A model generated the notes under the pieces. The model ran no database searches and had not been told where the DNA came from. It saw nothing but the letters and a program-made list of their open reading frames with translations. The translations under genes were made by a program, and so were the position numbers. From Mobula birostris (lineage: Eukaryota), in the NCBI RefSeq assembly GCF_030028105.1, contig NC_092370.1, positions 83,224,969 to 83,288,968 of the forward strand: a stretch of 64,000 nucleotides of DNA. The letters are read 5' to 3'. Positions within the stretch are counted from its first letter, which is position 1. Every line of letters begins with the position of its first letter. Positions 62,567 through 64,000 of this stretch are shown here, piece by piece.

Positions 62567-63199
62567 ATCATTTTCCTCTGCCAGAGAAGTAGCACATAAT
62601 ACCCCCCACCCCCACCAGCACACTGTCCAGATAACTCCCCAAGGAAATCAAACAGAAAAGACAAGCATTTTCCAATTTTCGTGGCCCTTTCATTCAATCC
62701 ACTGAGTTCCTCCAAGTTATTGTTTGTTGCCCCAGATTCCATCATCCGCAGTCTCTTACGTCTCCTAGGGATCAGTGGAATTTGGAAATATTGTCAATTT
62801 GGACTGAGACTCAGAGTTAGAGTTACTGGTGATTAATATTATCGGTTAAAGTAGCTGCCCTAAAATGTACACCCAGGAATACATGGGGCATATGCCATGT
62901 AGAAAGTGAGAATTGATTTCATTAGCTTGTGCAAAATTCTTCTTCCTGGTGCCTGGAATCAGGGTCATTGCTTCAAAGTAAGTGGTTTATCCTGCAGAAC
63001 CAAGGTGAGAGGTTGTTTTTCACCCAGAGGGTTGTGAGCTATGGAGTCCCCTCCCCAATTGTGTTGTGGACTCAGTTGTTGAGTACACTGAGCTTTATGG
63101 ATCCTTAGATATTAAAGGGAATCAGAGGATGCGGGCTTGGGCAGGAAAACAGTGCTGAGGTATAAGATCTCTGTAAAATGGTCCAGCCGCTCAGCTCGA

Positions 63200-63650
63200 A
63201 CATGATGCTGAATTAAACTAAATCTTTTCTACTTGCACTTGTTCCACTTCTCTCCATCCCTGAATATTAATGTGTTTATCTAACAGCATCTTGAATGCCA
63301 CTATTGTATCTCCTTTCACCGCCACTCTCTGTGGAAAAACATCCTGACCTGCGCATATCCTTTGAACTTTGCCCCCTCATCTTAAATGCATGTCCTCTAA
63401 TACTTAATATTTCTACCCTGCAGGGATGATACCAGCTGTCTACCTTCTCTATGCCTCTTGTAATCTTATCAGAGCTTCCTCCACCTTCCACATTCCGGAT
63501 AAAACAACCCCAGTTTGTCCAACCTTTCCTTATAGCACATGCCCTCTAGTTCAGGAAGCAACCTGGTGAACCTCTGCTGCATCCTTTTTAAAGCTTTCAC
63601 ATCCTCGTTGTAATGAGCAGACCAGCATTGCACACAGTACTCCAAGTGCA
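63200..63650 (-). mobile_element. CR1 LINE 3' fragment
   Basis: Minus-strand HLEYCVQCWS..KRMQQRFTRLLP..YKERLDKLGLF. Confidence 0.8.
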
Positions 63651-64000
63651 ACATATGAGTCATGCCTTTGATTAAAGTTTAAAAAGTACTTAATATGTAT
63701 AACATGAGTCGTCAAATAACTAAACTCTCCATTTAATCCAAACATATTCTGCCCTACTTCTTTTATTTGCCTTGAATTTCTTTTATGCACATTAGTTTGT
63801 ATGACAAGAGAGTGCTCTGTGTCCATTTGGAACAGAAAGAGCACCAGTCTGTCAGAGGAGCTGTCCTCCTTATGTGAGAATAAACCACCAGGCCCTTGCC
63901 CACTAGATTCTGTGGAACTGCTCTGCTGAAGATTTCATCCTGGCATTGTGGTCTGTGGTTATTCTTCAACCCAGGTTATTAGAAGCAAATTATCTGTTCA

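Noticed and set aside
46888-64000. Third coding exon of the DSEL-like gene
   Set aside because: No segment encoding the expected ..NG.GNWLA continuation was found by eye or in the ORF track. The candidate acceptor at ~51568 gives an unrelated peptide, so the exon is probably beyond the window.
1-64000. CRISPR arrays, rRNA/tRNA genes or prokaryotic-type systems
   Set aside because: Eukaryotic repeat-rich DNA with no regularly spaced repeat array; the tRNA-like boxes belong to SINEs.

Overview
Vertebrate genomic DNA, most likely from a cartilaginous fish (inferred from the repeat inventory: V-domain tRNA SINEs, CR1, Rex1/Babar and Neptune-type Penelope-like elements). Most of the window is nested, decayed transposons. 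The one recognisable host gene is a + strand dermatan-sulfate epimerase-like gene (DSEL/DSE family) starting in a CpG island. It has two intact coding exons (39170-39679 and 46439-46887); the rest lies beyond the window. It is unusual because the protein is DSEL-like, yet the CDS is split by introns. Mammalian DSEL has an intronless CDS, and these introns do not match the DSE positions as I recall them. The second notable signal is a family of Penelope-like elements (PLEs) carrying a minimal hammerhead ribozyme. It repeatedly forms fold-back insertions with one long and one short terminus, the clearest ones flanked by 13-14 bp target-site duplications (TSDs), and one copy carries an inverted copy of its own target junction. 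Also present are two differently deleted copies of one endogenous retrovirus (ERV) family, a decayed Gypsy element with a solo LTR of the same family, a young unrelated solo LTR, two Tigger/pogo elements and several MITEs. Coordinates of old repeats are approximate (tens of bp); no database searches were run.
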